Assembly (NCBI GenBank): GCA_964106645.2
Contig: OZ067040.1
DNA length: 64,000 bases
Direction: 5' to 3' (one strand)
Source: Podarcis pityusensis
Taxonomy: Eukaryota
Part shown: positions 38,336-51,596 of the stretch, in pieces
Position numbering within the stretch: position 1 is the stretch's first letter
Layout: the number at the start of each line of letters is the position of its first letter
Notes under the pieces: generated by a model
The model's input: only the letters and a program-made list of their open reading frames with translations
Databases searched by the model: none
What the model was told of the DNA's origin: nothing
Made by a program: the position numbers and the translations under genes

Positions 38336-38657
38336 TATATACAACCACATACCTTTCCACCATTGGGTTGGCATTTTGCTAGGAGAAAATTAAGCAGATT
38401 ATTTGTTCTATGCCCACTGCCCATGTGCGAATTACCTGTTTTGTAAAGGGGTATTTTCAAGTGCAGCATCAGTTCTTGGGATTCTATATGAGGGTAGTCC
38501 ACTCATAATTCACTCCCCTGCCTTTTAAATTTGATATTGGATATATGCCATTCATGTGCATGATGAAAGTTCAGCCAACTGAACAGAAGCAAAGATAAAT
38601 AGTAATAGATGCTTGTGTTCAAACGTCCCGTAAATGCAACATGTTCGGTAATGACAG

Positions 38658-38676
38658 GGGCCTCTAGGGGGTGCCA
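38658..38676 (+). promoter_or_regulatory. Candidate CTCF site
   Basis: GGGCCTCTAGGGGGTGCCA is close to the CTCF core CCNCYAGRGGGCGC and lies in unique sequence. Confidence 0.45.
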
Positions 38677-40970
38677 CTTGCCTCCAAGCATGCTTCGTTG
38701 GTCTTTGAGGATCTGGCACACTCTCATTCCTCCAGCTTTTGGATCCTTTTCAGCTGCAACAGCCCAGTTCTTTCTCTATGAAAGATGTTGGCTGGAGGAT
38801 TATACACCACACCTGGAGAGCTTCCTTCTCTCAAGTCCTTACCCAGGTTGCTAGCCCGCTCTCAAGGCAGTTCACTGAGGACAAGGACATTCCATAAGGA
38901 TCGCCTCAGCCTCCCCAGCTGTCCTTTCGGGAGAGCACATACAACAAGCACATGCACTGGTCACTCAGATCATGGGACGACACCCAAACCAGAACAATGA
39001 AGTGTGCAAAGGCTCACAACTTTCTCAGACCAGAGGCTGGGAGAAATCCAAGGAATGCAATGAGAATATGATTCTGCTGGGGCAATGCCAGGGTCTCGGG
39101 GCTCACATGCCCACATGATGCTTAATATGCAGCGCATTTCCTCTAGGCTTCGGTTGCCACGCCAGGTCTTAATCTGTGGGCCTAGGAATTAGGAAAGAAT
39201 CCAACTTAAAGGGAGTCTGGGGTGTTCATAGGGGCCTTTCCGAGGCAAAAGATAGGTCTGCCTCAAAACAATATCTCTTGAATCTCTCCATTGTTTGGCA
39301 TGCAGAAAGCCTTTTGGCTGTAGATCCATAGCAAATGCTGCTAGTGGTCTGCCCTAAACGTGATTTGCTCCTTTTCTTACAACTGTGTTTGTGTGGAGGA
39401 ATGAGAAAACGGCCTGTGCTCTGTTCTTCTCCGGAATTGCTGGCTAGTTGCTTTGCTGAAATTGGCAGTCTTGGTGCAATTACCACATGCCTTTAATAAG
39501 GATGCAGGGGCAGCTGCGCCTGATTTGCATAATAATTTGAAATTTACATATTTCCCTCTTTGTCAAATGCCCTCATCTTACTTCCACCCACACACCCCGA
39601 CATAAACTGGGGGCGAATGTATACTACAGTGGGAAGTCAAGAGAACTCAAAACTAAGCAACTGAAGAATAAGCAAAACAAAAAAACATAACAATTCTTTC
39701 ATAGAGTTTTACCATCCCTTGGTACTTTTAAGATGACCTTAAAGACCTGAAAGACCTTAAAGACCTATCTTTCTACATTGGCTTTTAGTGGGCAATCTGT
39801 GTTGAAGTAGTGCTCTGTTTTGATTATACTGGGCTATTGTGAGTTTCGGCCAGAAAATGAAACGTTCCTTTTAACTGTTTCGTATATTATAGTACCTTGG
39901 GGGTGGGGGTTTGGGGGTGCGGTGGGTGGTGGCATATATTTATTTGTAAACAGCTTGGGGTAGAGTTTCCCTTTAAAAGTGGGCTATATGTTTCTTAATC
40001 AAATTTTAATCAAATCTCTGCCAATAGGCATTTGCAAATATTTATAGATATTTTAAAGGAAAGACTTTGTTTCTGTTTTTTAAAAAAGTGTTTGTGGGGA
40101 AATAAATGCTTCTTGTAGGCAGAACTACATATATGTGTGAATCAGAACCTTCTTGCAGAACAATATTCAAAACCTTGTACTGCTAAGTTGCAACTAAGCA
40201 TCTTTTCTAAATGGAGATGGAGAACCTATGACCCACCAGATGTTACTGGGCTCTGTCAGTACCTCAGCCAGTATGGCCAATGATCAGAGATTATGGGAGC
40301 TGCAGTCCAACAACATCCAGAGGCTACAGGTTCCTCAACCCTGTTATACATTTTTACAGTGTTCCAGAGAAGCCTGAAATAATTTGGGACAATGGGAAAA
40401 CATGGCTGGCATTCTATTCTTTCACACGTTGCATATTGTTTGGTGTTTACTTTTTACCTGCCCAGCTGGCACAATTACACATCATGAATGCAAATCAAAG
40501 CTTTGGGAGTCAGCAGTGATGCTGCTAATACTTAATATGAATACCAGGCTCACAGTCCCCTTCTAAAATACAAGGTGAGCATTAGAGCCTTTGAATTCTT
40601 CTGCAGCTCATATTTCAATCTTTGCTGGAGAAGAATTCAACTGCTTCCTCCTCCTCGTACTCAGTCCCCAACCCGCTCCTACTTTCTCACCCACTACTTT
40701 CTCAACCCTACCACCTACCCGCCTCCATAACTGTTCCAGTAGCAGCACCAGCAGGTAAGTAGGAAAGGCAGTCTCTTCTCCTCCCTTTGTCTGACTCAGC
40801 TGCTTCCTTTTTGTGAATGACAGCTTCTCTCTGCTTCTGGCAAGTGGACTGTCGTCCTCTACCACTACAAACAGACCCTGTCATTTTGCACATTGCTGTA
40901 AAACTTCTTCATGCCATTTGCCTGGGGCCAAATGGGATGTGACACTATCCATGCAATTAGCAGTCCCCCT

Positions 40971-41061
40971 GTGCTGGCTATTTGCATCAGGAGGAAAGTT
41001 CTCCCATCAGGAGGAAAGTTTTGCCTATGGAAGTCTTCCTCCCAATGCAAATAGCAGGCAC
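40971..41061. repeat. Palindrome with paired octamers and an internal 16-bp duplication
   Basis: GCTATTTGCAT..ATGCAAATAGC arms; CATCAGGAGGAAAGTT occurs twice. Confidence 0.7.
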
Positions 41062-43055
41062 TAGTCTGGATTGGGATTGCAGCCAGGGGGTGGGGATGCA
41101 TTAAAGACCCCTATCTCTGCCAGGGTCCTGATCTGCATCAGGCCATCAACTTCTTACTCTCAAAAAACATACACACAATTGCTGATAACATGCCATGTCT
41201 AGCTTTGTCCGCAGAGGTGAGCAAAATTGCCAGTTCTATTCATGGTGAGTAAGTGAGATGACCTTGCTGCTGTCAGCAAGAAGCTGTCAACATGAGCTCA
41301 CAGACAGAGCAGCAGCCATGATCAAGACGGTCACATACACTGGCCTTGAAAAAGTGTGGATAATTTCCTCTGCAAGGAAGGATCGTCTTCAAACTTGACA
41401 CGTGCCAGCACAGTACAAGTAGTCTCTTTGTACTGCTCCAGAGTAGAGGAGAGAACAATGCCTCTCTCCATGAAAAGACCACTTCACCAGCCCAATAGAA
41501 ACTGGCTGCAAAGGAGAATTCTGTTAATGATGCAATGAAAATGAAAGTTGCAAAGGGCAACACACCACACCTTTGCTTGGATTAAGATAAGTGAATTTAG
41601 GGAAGTTCACAAGAGCTTCCTGTCTGTTCCCCTCTCCGATCACCTGTATTCCCTCCTCCCAACCCCATATTTAGAGGCTCAGGGAGTCCTCCAGAATATT
41701 TTGGGTCAGGTCATAGGATGCTATTTGGAGAGGTGGGATTAAGTGGGATCATGCCTGCTGTCAGTCTTTGCCTCTACCCTGGTCCCATATGTGCATTTGG
41801 CGTGTGAAAAGGAGCCTACACACATACAAGCTGTGCATAGCTTGCACCTATGCAATCAGGGACCTTACCAATGCAATCATTCCCCATCACATGAAGAACC
41901 TACAGGTTGGGTATCATTTGTATGCAGGTCTGCCAAATACACTTACAAGACGGGGCAGCAGCTGTGATACTACTCCCAAGTCTTGTATTGAGTTGACCAC
42001 ACAACTAGTACCCAAGTTCAATGAGATGATGCGGAAAGTTGTGGGAGGCAGGTTGCCGCTCTGTACAACATTGGGGAGAGGGGGACCTGGACACACCTGG
42101 CACACCCCTTTCACACCCCTACAAGCACGACATTTATGTCCTCCCTTTTTCATTTGCAAAATTCAGGACGTCAGAGTTTGACAAGGTGTGGCATTTAAGA
42201 ATAGATGCAGGAGTTCAAGTGATCAGCCTGACATTAATGGACTTTGCAGAGAATAAACAGAACAAAATCCAGTTGTACAAGAGATGGTTATGGTAGGTAG
42301 CCAAGTGCACTGGGTTATCTGCAGGGCAGGGAAAGAGAAGGCAGTGCCCCATAGACTGTAATGTTGGGACTCAGCTATAAAACAAGCAGCAGAAGTCAAG
42401 CAATTCTGAGTGTAACAAAAGCAAAGGGGCTTGACAAATAATACAATTTGTAATAGAAAACAAGCAAGTTCTCTCAGGTCCAGGAGGATTATTGCAGGAT
42501 CTACAGATCCAGCCACTGAAGAGAAAATCTTTTCACAAAGCCAGTGGCGGGAGCAGAGGCTTGAGAAACTTTTGTACAAGCTCCTGAAAGCAGGAAAACC
42601 ACAGTCTAAGGAAACTTGGGAGAGGAAAAAAACTATATGCAAAAGGATTCAAGAAGTTGGAGGTCATGCTTATGCCAAAGCGATTTTAAAAAAACAACAA
42701 CTAAAACTCTCAAAAAGCACAATGCAGGTACCTACAGGTGCCAACAGGCATAGTTCCCTTTGATGTAAATGTATCAGATTCTTAAATGCCACTATCTGCT
42801 GCAAAACATATGGGTCAACTATTGAAGTTGTTTCTGAGCTTCTGGGTTCTGTGGATTCTGCCACCACAGGCTTTATGGCTGGAGGCAGGATCAGGCATTT
42901 GGCAGGGCCAGAGGGGCACATCTGCTGTAATGTACTAATTCATACCAGAAACAGGAATATTTGGATGGCAACATGTACTACTTTGAAAAGGACAGTCCTG
43001 TAGTTGAAGGAGCCCTCTGTTTGAAAGGCTTCCCAGTCCAAGTTTCATTTCAATA

Positions 43056-43297
43056 CAGTGGTACCTCGGGTTACATACGCTTCAGGTTACATACGCTTCA
43101 GGTTACAGACTCCACTAACCCAGAAATAGTGCTTCAGGTTAAGAACTTTGCTTCAGGATGAGAACAGAAATTGTGCTCTGGCGGCGCGGCGGCAGCGGGA
43201 GGCCCCATTAGCTAAAGTGGTGCTTCAGGTTAAGAACAGTTTCAGGTTACGAACGGACCTCTGGAACGAATTAAGTACTTAACCCGAGGTACCACTG
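43056..43297 (+). mobile_element. Tigger/pogo-type MITE, copy 4
   Basis: TIR CAGTGGTACCTCGGGTTA...TAACCCGAGGTACCACTG; TA TSD. Confidence 0.92.
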
Positions 43298-43847
43298 TAT
43301 AAAGAACTGTGAGATTTGTTGTATTTCTATTTAATTTATAGTAATTATTTCTAAGTTGGCATCTATACATGCAAACTGACACATGCAGGTTTTATGCAAA
43401 TGTGTGGCCTCATTCTGGTTGATGCATTTTCTCTTTTGAGGCAATGTATAGGTGGCAGCCCTAGTTAAAATGTGGTCCCCTGGAGAAAGTAACAGATATT
43501 TCCCCTATTTTCAGATGCTTATGGTTGTGTACCATAAGGGAGATCAGTTTGTATATTTGAAGGGATGGTCTATTTTTCATTCACCCAGAGATGAAAGAGG
43601 ACTGTCTTCTTGCAGAAGGGCCCACAACAACCTGGAGCTGGTTGTGGCAGATATTTCTGCAGAGGTCTGTATCATGGGGGTTCTGCTTCAGGATCCCTCC
43701 ATGTCAGACTAATATCTAGTCTTTCCAAAACAATGGAGCAAACTCGTCTTTAACTGAGGATGCTCAGTTTTTGACATATCATCATGCAACATATGAGAAA
43801 TACATGTGCATTTATAGTGCAATCACAACGCTGTGCCTCTATGGTTC

Positions 43848-44034
43848 CAGGGATGCCAACTTGTCTCTGTTAGCTTTGCTCCTGTGCCTTTAAAGGTAGG
43901 ATTATATGCAGGATTATATGCAGAAATTAACTTAACATATAATTAATAATTATATGCAGAAATTACCTGCTAACCCCCCCACCCAATATTAGGCTGCTGC
44001 TGAAGATTCGAGACTGGAATGAAGTTGGCAGCCG
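43848..44034. mobile_element. Old hAT (Tip100-like) remnant
   Basis: CAGGGATGCCAACT...AGTTGGCAGCCG ends; internal ATTATATGCA repeats. Confidence 0.45.
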
Positions 44035-44170
44035 AATGTCTCCTCCCCTTACCCTACCTCTCTCCCCAACATCTTGCTCATATCCCTAACTCAACATGTG
44101 ACATTTGTGTCCCACACATTTAATAGATGAACCCTAATTGTAAACCCCATGGTCACAGCTGTGTGCAGAC

Positions 44171-44215
44171 GTTTCAGGTTAAGAATGGACCTCTGGAACA
44201 AATTAAGTACCACTG
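44171..44215 (+). mobile_element. Tigger MITE right-end fragment
   Basis: GTTTCAGGTTAAGAATGGACCTCTGGAAC..GTACCACTG followed by TA. Confidence 0.8.
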
Positions 44216-45184
44216 TACAGAATCACGGGGAGAAATTCCCTGGAGTGAAGTTCACTGAATTCAATAGGACTTGCATCTTCTGAGTGGCCATGGTTAATAC
44301 TGCATCATTAAGTGGTTAAAAGTAAAACCAGAGACAGGCAAGCGGTTGGGAGTTTCCGGTACCGCACCAAAAAACATGGGAGACCAGATCAATGTACATT
44401 AAGCGCTGCCCATTGACAGGTTTTCAACCCTGACCTTTGCCTTTCAAAACCCATTCAACAAGGTTTATTTAGGGCCTCTTTGTCAATCAATGCAGACATT
44501 AGCAGGATGCAAAAGAGCATGCCCCTGGTGGGAGGTATCCATAGTAACATGACACGTTTATTCAGGAAAGGGCAAAGGGGGAACCTGTGTTTCCTCTCTC
44601 CAAAGTGCAAGGAGATGAAATGTGAACAAGTGGAATGATCAAACAATGCTGGTGGAGCATCAAGCCATGGTGATTCAGGCACTTCCTGCTCCAGAGCACC
44701 AAGGTAAACCTGTCAGTACCACAAGGTCTTGAGTTTTCATATCTGAAGGTCCACACATTTCCCCAGTTGTAGTCTTCTGTTTTTGTAGTGCCCATGTAGA
44801 CACATGGATTTTTCATCCCTTTTGTAGACTAATCAGGAGGTGGATTGATTAAAACAGAGCTAGGAAACAACAGTCAACTCTTAACAAGTCCTTAGTGGTG
44901 CCTACATTTGCGCATATGCTCAGACATGTACCTTCTAAGAAGAAAACATCACCATTTGTTTCATTCTTCTCACCGTTTTGTCATATAATGCTCTGCACTA
45001 CAAAGGAGTTGCCAGCTTTTTAACAGTGACGTTTTCCTGACATTAAGATAACTTTATGGCGTGGGGGACAGAAACGCTTTTCTTGTTAATTTCTGTATTC
45101 CAGACTGTTTTTAAAGGCACAGAAGCAGAGGCAGTAATAAAACTTATGCCCCCATAAGGCAGCCAGTGAGTCTATCTTCCCACA

Positions 45185-45693
45185 TAGCGATGGGGGAGAA
45201 ATTTGGTTCTGTTCACATTTCAAGGTGAACCTGCCTAATTCCTATTTTCTGAAAGAATATGAGAAGCAAAACATAGCCATATCTCAGGGTGATTCACAAC
45301 ATAAAAATGCAATGTAAAAACACAAAATGCATAATAAAAACAAGAGCAAAAAACCACAAGCCAATAACCCCTCTTCCCTCCAGTTCATTTCTCCAGACAA
45401 AATTGTGCACAAAATGCATATACTAGGCTGTAGTGTGAATAAAAGTGCATATACTAGTGAACATAATATATAAAAATGCATTATACTGGAGGACATTGTT
45501 TTGCAAAAATTTGTTTATAAGGCAAATATACACAGAAACATGGAGAAATTAAGAAAAATTCACACAAAATGGTGAATTTTCATGAGGACTTACAAAAATT
45601 GAACACTGATGTGAAAACGAGAGAAATGAAATTAAGTTTGTAGAAATGAGAAACTGTTAAAATCTGAAAGTGAATAAATTTGCTTACTTCTTA
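45185..45693 (+). mobile_element. AT-rich TAGGGATG-TIR DNA element
   Basis: Starts TAGCGATGGGGGAGAAATTTGG; family core present. Confidence 0.65.
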
Positions 45694-46946
45694 GCTATCT
45701 TCAAGAGAAATTATATAAAAGAGTGTCCACAGGGAAGTTTTTAGCATTCTACGTATTAGTTTAAAATTTGATCTAATGGCAGTGTGTGCAGAGTTTCTTG
45801 TACATGTTTAAGGTTATCTGCTCTCTCCAACACCCCCGTCCTGTAGCACACACAAACAGGACCGTTACAAATGGGTAGCCTTGTGCATGTGTGTGTGTAT
45901 TTTCACTTGCAACAAGCTTCTCTCCAACTCTTAGCATGACACCAATTGACAGATCTATAGGAGGAACTGGGCATGGAGGAAGGTGAGTCTGTCTGTGAGT
46001 TGGAGTGTGTGTTACATTTTGAATTGCTGGAGCAACAGAAATACTTCCCACTTGTCTATATCTGTATCTGTATCTGCAAAGCCTACAAACTGTATGTATA
46101 GATCAACATCCGGAACAGCATTACTGGAGTCTGATCTTCGACAGCAGTGAACTATTTTGGATCTTAAGTTGCCTCTGTGTGGTGACTGAGAGCTGGGGAC
46201 AACTTCAGCTATGTGGGTATTTCACCTCAGATTCCCAACAAGATCCTCAATAATGATTCACCATAGTTACTAGCTGCTGCTATATAAGGTTCCTAGTTAT
46301 AAAATAAGGAGCTGTTTCCATTATGGCAGTAGTTCCTATTTCAGAAAGTCAGATGAAAACATTTGGAAACATGTTCTGCCAGGTATAGTTCTTAAGCACT
46401 CCTCTCCTTAAAGCAGGCACTGCTTGACCTTATTTGAGCCTGTCACAAAGAAAATATAGTAGTTTCTCAAAATAAATACAACACTGGGTATTATTATTTT
46501 TACTTGTTTGTTATATTTGCTGCAGACTTGTGCACCTAAGAAACTGCTTCCCAGTCCAGTCCTAAATTGCTGAATCGGAGTTCTATTTTAATCCATGGGT
46601 TGTTGCCATGTTGAGCCAAGTGAATGAGAGACTAGCTTATGTTCATAAAATATGCTAACCGCCTTCTCTAGAACACAGTCAGTATGAGCAGGGTGAGACT
46701 AGGACATAACTTTTTTTATTATTTTTTTGCACTTTAGCAATAAAGTTTTAATGGTCCTGCTATCTCTGACTTATCTCTTCCCCCTCCATGTCTCTCAGTG
46801 AGATTTGATGGCTGTTCCAGGCTTCACAACTATCCTTGGGCTGTCACTGGCACCCTCTGTCCATTGGTTCTTTGCCTGCCTATTTGACCTTGGCTCTTCC
46901 TTTGCTCTCTGATATTCCTGGGCAGCAAAGGCAAGCATGCCAAGGT

Positions 46947-47104
46947 CTGTCAAATGTTGTCTGCTACCTGGAAGATATTAGCAAATGTTGATGGTTGCCG
47001 CATGCCAGCAAGCAGATACTGTCAAATGTTGACAGCTGCATATCAGATACTGCGCAGACATTGGTTGCTGCGGCAAAACTATTATATGCCGATGTCAAAT
47101 ATTA
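46947..47104. repeat. Degenerate 31-41 bp tandem repeat
   Basis: CTGTCAAATGTTG..AGATA units starting at 46947, 46979, 47019, 47050 and 47091. Confidence 0.55.
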
Positions 47105-47142
47105 GCCTTCCCAACCCAGTGCTGTCAGAAAGGGTAACTCAG

Positions 47143-47345
47143 ATAAGAAGACCCCAACAGTGGTCTGCCTAGCCCAGTATCCTGTTCTCACAGTGGCCAA
47201 GCTGGCTAGCAGAATCTGAGTGCAACAGCACTCTTGCCTCCTGTAGTTTCCAGCAGCTGGTTTTCAGAAGCATACTTCCTCCAGCTGTGGAGGTAGAACA
47301 TATCTATAATGGTTAGTAGCCTTTTTCTCCATAAATCTTCCTTTT
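47143..47345 (-). mobile_element. CR1-type 3' end
   Basis: Collinear with 25522-25706 and with the reverse complement of 14001-14177. Confidence 0.65.
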
Positions 47346-48026
47346 GAAACCAGAGCAGGCTTATCTAGGATGTGACCAAATCTGATAGGGTCATAGAAAC
47401 CTCATATCCATTTTCCACCTTTGTAAGCAAAAGGAACTACCAACCCCAAGTTCCCAGGGTCTCAAGAAAAATTGGGAGAATAATTTGTTAAAATAATACA
47501 TGGGGTGTTCCTGCAGCATGCTAAGGGTTAAGGCTTTGCGCGGCATGTAATGGCATTCCAACGTCTACTAATGAGTGGGAAGACCGTTATATTGTTCTGA
47601 GTTTGTTGTTGTTAACTGTGAGTTTATTTAGTTTAAATAAATACGACATTTGCAAAAAAAACCTTCTTACATCTAGAGAATGACTGCTATCAAAATGCAC
47701 TTAGGAAAAATGAAAGGTGGATTAATTTCAGCTCTGAATAAATACAGCATTTATTTTGATGGCTTGTGAATATGCTGCTTCATATACGAGTACTGTGATT
47801 TTTGGAGTAAATGGCGACAATGCACTAGACTTGGACCATAAGCAGCAATCATTCTCAGATGGCCAAATAACTTCTGTGTTTATTGTAGGTTGTATTTGAA
47901 CTTGCATTGCTCATATGATTAGCAATCTCACTGATCTTCGCTCACATAGTCTATGGTGGATGCACAGAGGGAGAAAACGGAAGGTGAACTTGTTTTTAGT
48001 GGCTCCATTTGGGGTCCAGACCTGTT

Positions 48027-48167
48027 AGGAACATAGGAGCATAGGAATCTGCCTTATACCGTTGGGCCATTGGTTCATCTAGCTTAGTACATGGAGATGC
48101 CAGGGATTGAATCTGGGACCTTCGGCATGCAAAGCACATGCTCTACCATTGAGCTATATCCTCATCC
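48027..48167 (-). mobile_element. Squam2-like tRNA SINE, internally deleted
   Basis: (CATAGGA)n tail and tRNA-Ala-like head. Confidence 0.75.
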
Positions 48168-49251
48168 TATAGCTGTTATGACATCAGTTCACTATTAGAT
48201 CCCCTATTTCTCTTCAAACATATCTTGAAAGGGGCTCTGTGAATCTGATTCTGTGCTTCAAACTTCAGCTGCCAGTGGATGAAGCCAGTTCCTTTGAGTA
48301 ACCATTTAGTCAAGCCCAGCCTTTAAAGAAAACTTCTACTTGCAAGTGTGATCGGATGCAGAGACAGAATTCTTCCTCTTAATCACACTACTGCTCTCCT
48401 CGGTCTAAGGACCAGTTAGCTGTTCTTCACAATCTTCTCTTTTGATGATCTAAATCCATGACATAAAGTGATTGTTTCCTGATAATTAATGGGGACTTTT
48501 TGATCAGAAGATTTTAAGCCTCTGTTGTCAAGGGTTGGTTAAGAACCAGGATGCACCCGGGCAAATGGAATGCATCCAGAGAGGGAGGTGAAATCCAAAA
48601 CCAGAGGTTTAGGACACCATCCTAGTCTGAGACATATGCACACAGTGACCCTTAATAGACCCAGCTCCCAGCTGTTGATAAATGGTGGATTTCTGTTTAT
48701 TTATTTTTCCTGCCTGTTGCAATACTGGCCAGGGAAACCTGTCCCACCAGTGCTGTGATTCCAGTTTCTCATTTATCCTTGGTTTCCAGCCTCTCAAGAA
48801 AGTCAACAGTAGTCAATGGAACAATAATGGGAGAGGAGGACCAGGATTAGTGGCAGGGCTTGTCTCTCACCAGAAGACATGTGACCCGGGGGCTGAGTGC
48901 TAGCTGCTAATTATTATTAACAAAAGCAACTTGGAGGGTGGAAGGAAATCTGATCTTCCTGTACTGTGGTTTCTAAGTGCTATTCTTGAGTACACGTACA
49001 GAAAATGTAACCCTTTAAGGGGTGAAGAAGAAAGGAAGGCTCCATTTTCACGCCCATTTCATTTTAGCCATTGTACCAGCAGGCTACAGAAAAGCTTTCC
49101 ATTTTTGTCTGTTTGCTTGCACCAAGTTTAGGTTACTTGGGCACACAGTGTAAATAGCTTCAGGATATAGGTAAGAGAAGCAATGCCCAGAAAACAAGGC
49201 TGGGATATAGACTAAGAGCTGGTTACACTGTGTAGGCACTTAAATACTGTT

Positions 49252-49731
49252 GATTGTATTCAACAAACTTTTACTCAGAGCAGACCCATTGAAATTAATG
49301 GAGTTAAGTTAATTGTGGCCATTCATTTTACTGGGTTTACTCTGAGCAAATGGACATGGGTGGCGCTTTGGGTTAAACCACAGAGCCTAGGGCTTGCCGA
49401 TCAGAAGGTTGGCAGTTTGAATCGCCACGACGGGGTAAGCTCCTGTTGCTCGGTCCTTGCTCCAGCCAACCTAGCAGTTCGAAAGCACGTCAAAGTGCAA
49501 GTAGATAAATAGGTACCACTCCAGCGGGAAGGTAAATGGTGTTTCCATGCACTGCTCTGGTTCGCCAGAAGCGGCTTAGTCATACTGGCCACATGACCCG
49601 GAAGCTGTACGCCAGCTTCCTCGGCCAATAAAGCGAGATGAGCACCGCAACTCCAGAGTCAGCCACAACTGGACCTAATGGTCAGGGGTCCCTTTACCTT
49701 TACTCTGAGCAAAAGTTGGTTGAATACGACC
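49252..49731. mobile_element. Palindromic MITE hosting a Sauria SINE
   Basis: GATTGTATTCAAC...GTTGAATACGACC ends. Confidence 0.65.
49351..49698 (+). mobile_element. Sauria SINE (Squam1/POM-like), full length
   Basis: GGTGGCGCTTTGGGTTAAACCACAGAGCCTAGGG head and CCCTTTACCTTTAC tail; perfect 15-bp TSD TTTACTCTGAGCAAA. Confidence 0.93.
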
Positions 49732-50094
49732 CTTTTTCTGTAAGTGTGTTGTTTTATTGTTTATTTTACTTATTAGCGTCTATTTTTTAATGTACATGCA
49801 GCTGGCTTTTATATTTTGTAAGCTGTTTCAAAGCCTATTTTGATATTGAGAGATATATAAATTAAAAACAAAAAACGCTTGGCAGGTAAATGTTGTCAGT
49901 CATTGTTCTCTAATGAGTACATCTGTATCACGGGGGGGACGACATTTGACCATCCAGCTGTTGCTGAGCTGCATTTCCCACCATCCCAGATGGGGCAGGC
50001 TGGCTGGGTTTATTGAGAGCTGGAGGCTAATTCAAGAGACCTACACTGGATCAGAAATTTCATCCCAAATTCTTATAAGACTGAAACCTCAAAG

Positions 50095-50235
50095 CAGCCT
50101 TTGCCAGTTTGGTGTCCTTCCAGATTTTCTGGGCTACACCTCCCAGCAGTGCCAGTTCACACAGTTGTCCCGACTCTGGGACTGATAGGACCTGTGGTCC
50201 AGAACATCTGGAAGTTACCAGATTGGCAAAGGCTG
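50095..50235. mobile_element. Short hAT MITE
   Basis: TIR CAGCCTTTGCCA...TGGCAAAGGCTG. Confidence 0.7.
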
Positions 50236-50873
50236 CATTAGAAACAGTGAGTAAGCCCAAGACCCAAATGAATCCATTGTTGAATAGGGGTATTTATTTA
50301 AGCATTTCTGTCCCCTCCATCTAAGGCAAATGCATCACTCAGGGCGGTTTGCAACAAGTTTAAAACAACAATTTCACAAAATAGCAATATAGTTCCTGCT
50401 TTTCCAAGAGCAAATCCAGCATACTTGCCAAGGTTCCCATTGGCAGCCTAGTATTTTGTGCTGGTTTCAAATGTTATCAACACCTTTGGTTCCAAAGAAG
50501 CTAATAATCCAAAAGAATTTGGAAGAAAGTTCAGCAGGATTGAGTGAAAGAGTATTGTGTACACAGTGCCTGGCCATAATATACTTTATCTGTTCTCAGA
50601 GTTTAAAAAAACAAAACAGCTTTGAAATATACCAGCTGAAATGTCAACTGTCTTCCTCAAATGAGCTGTGATCATTCCTATCAACCAAGGATTTGTCTAG
50701 AAGTTCAATGACCTCGTGGAAGACCATATGCCAGACACAAGGAAGTCATAATAAGACCTTTATCCCCTAAGGCTGGGCTGGGCAACCTGTGGCCCTCCAG
50801 AGGTTTCTAGAGTCCAACTCTCATCAGCCCCAGCTTGCAAGGTCAGGATTGTGGGAGTTGTAGTGCAGCAACA

Positions 50874-51126
50874 GAAAAGCAATGACAAACCTAGACAGCA
50901 TCTTAAAAAGCAAAGACATCACCTTGCCAACAAAGGTCCGTATAGTTAAAACTATGGTTTTCCCATTAGTGATGTATGGAAGTGAGAGCTGGACCATAAA
51001 GAAGGCTGATCGCCGAAGAATTGATACTTTTGAATTATGGTGCTGGAGGAGACTCTTAAGAGTCCCACGGACTGCAAGAAGATCAAACCTCTCTATTCTT
51101 AATGAAATCAGCCCTGAGTGCTCACT
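50874..51126 (+). mobile_element. RTE-BovB ORF fragment lacking the 3' terminus
   Basis: MTNLDSILKSKDITLPTKVRIVKTMVFPLVMYGSESWTIKKADRRRIDTFELWCWRRLLRVP. Confidence 0.95.
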
Positions 51127-51212
51127 ATTTATTAAATTGCTATCCATTGTATTTTAATTCTTCCCTTCCTCTCAATTTGAAGCCCACAAGCATTTGGGGT
51201 GCTTGGTAGAGC

Positions 51213-51596
51213 TAAGGACAGAGGAGAAAATAATTCATTCACATTTTAATAAGAATTTACCTAGTTCCCACTTTCTGAACCAATGAAAACTGAAGTGCAT
51301 CTGCTCTTCAAAATTCACACTTCTTCAAATATTTTGAAGTCATTTTCCAGATAGTAAATGCATTTTAAAAGCATATATTAGGTGGACAAAAAATAATATT
51401 AGTAGAAAAGCACACCATTAGGCACACTGTTGGCCAACATTGCATACAAAAACGAGCGCATCAGGATGATTGTGCACCAATGAAAATGAACACAAACTTC
51501 CTTAAAAAAAAAAAGCTAGTTGATGCAGAACTGAACTTGAGACTCTAAAAATGAAGAACTTAGAAACAGCTAAACTGACAGATGTGTGCATCCCTA
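51213..51596 (+). mobile_element. AT-rich TAGGGATG-TIR DNA element
   Basis: Ends GTGCATCCCTA; family core present. Confidence 0.65.
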
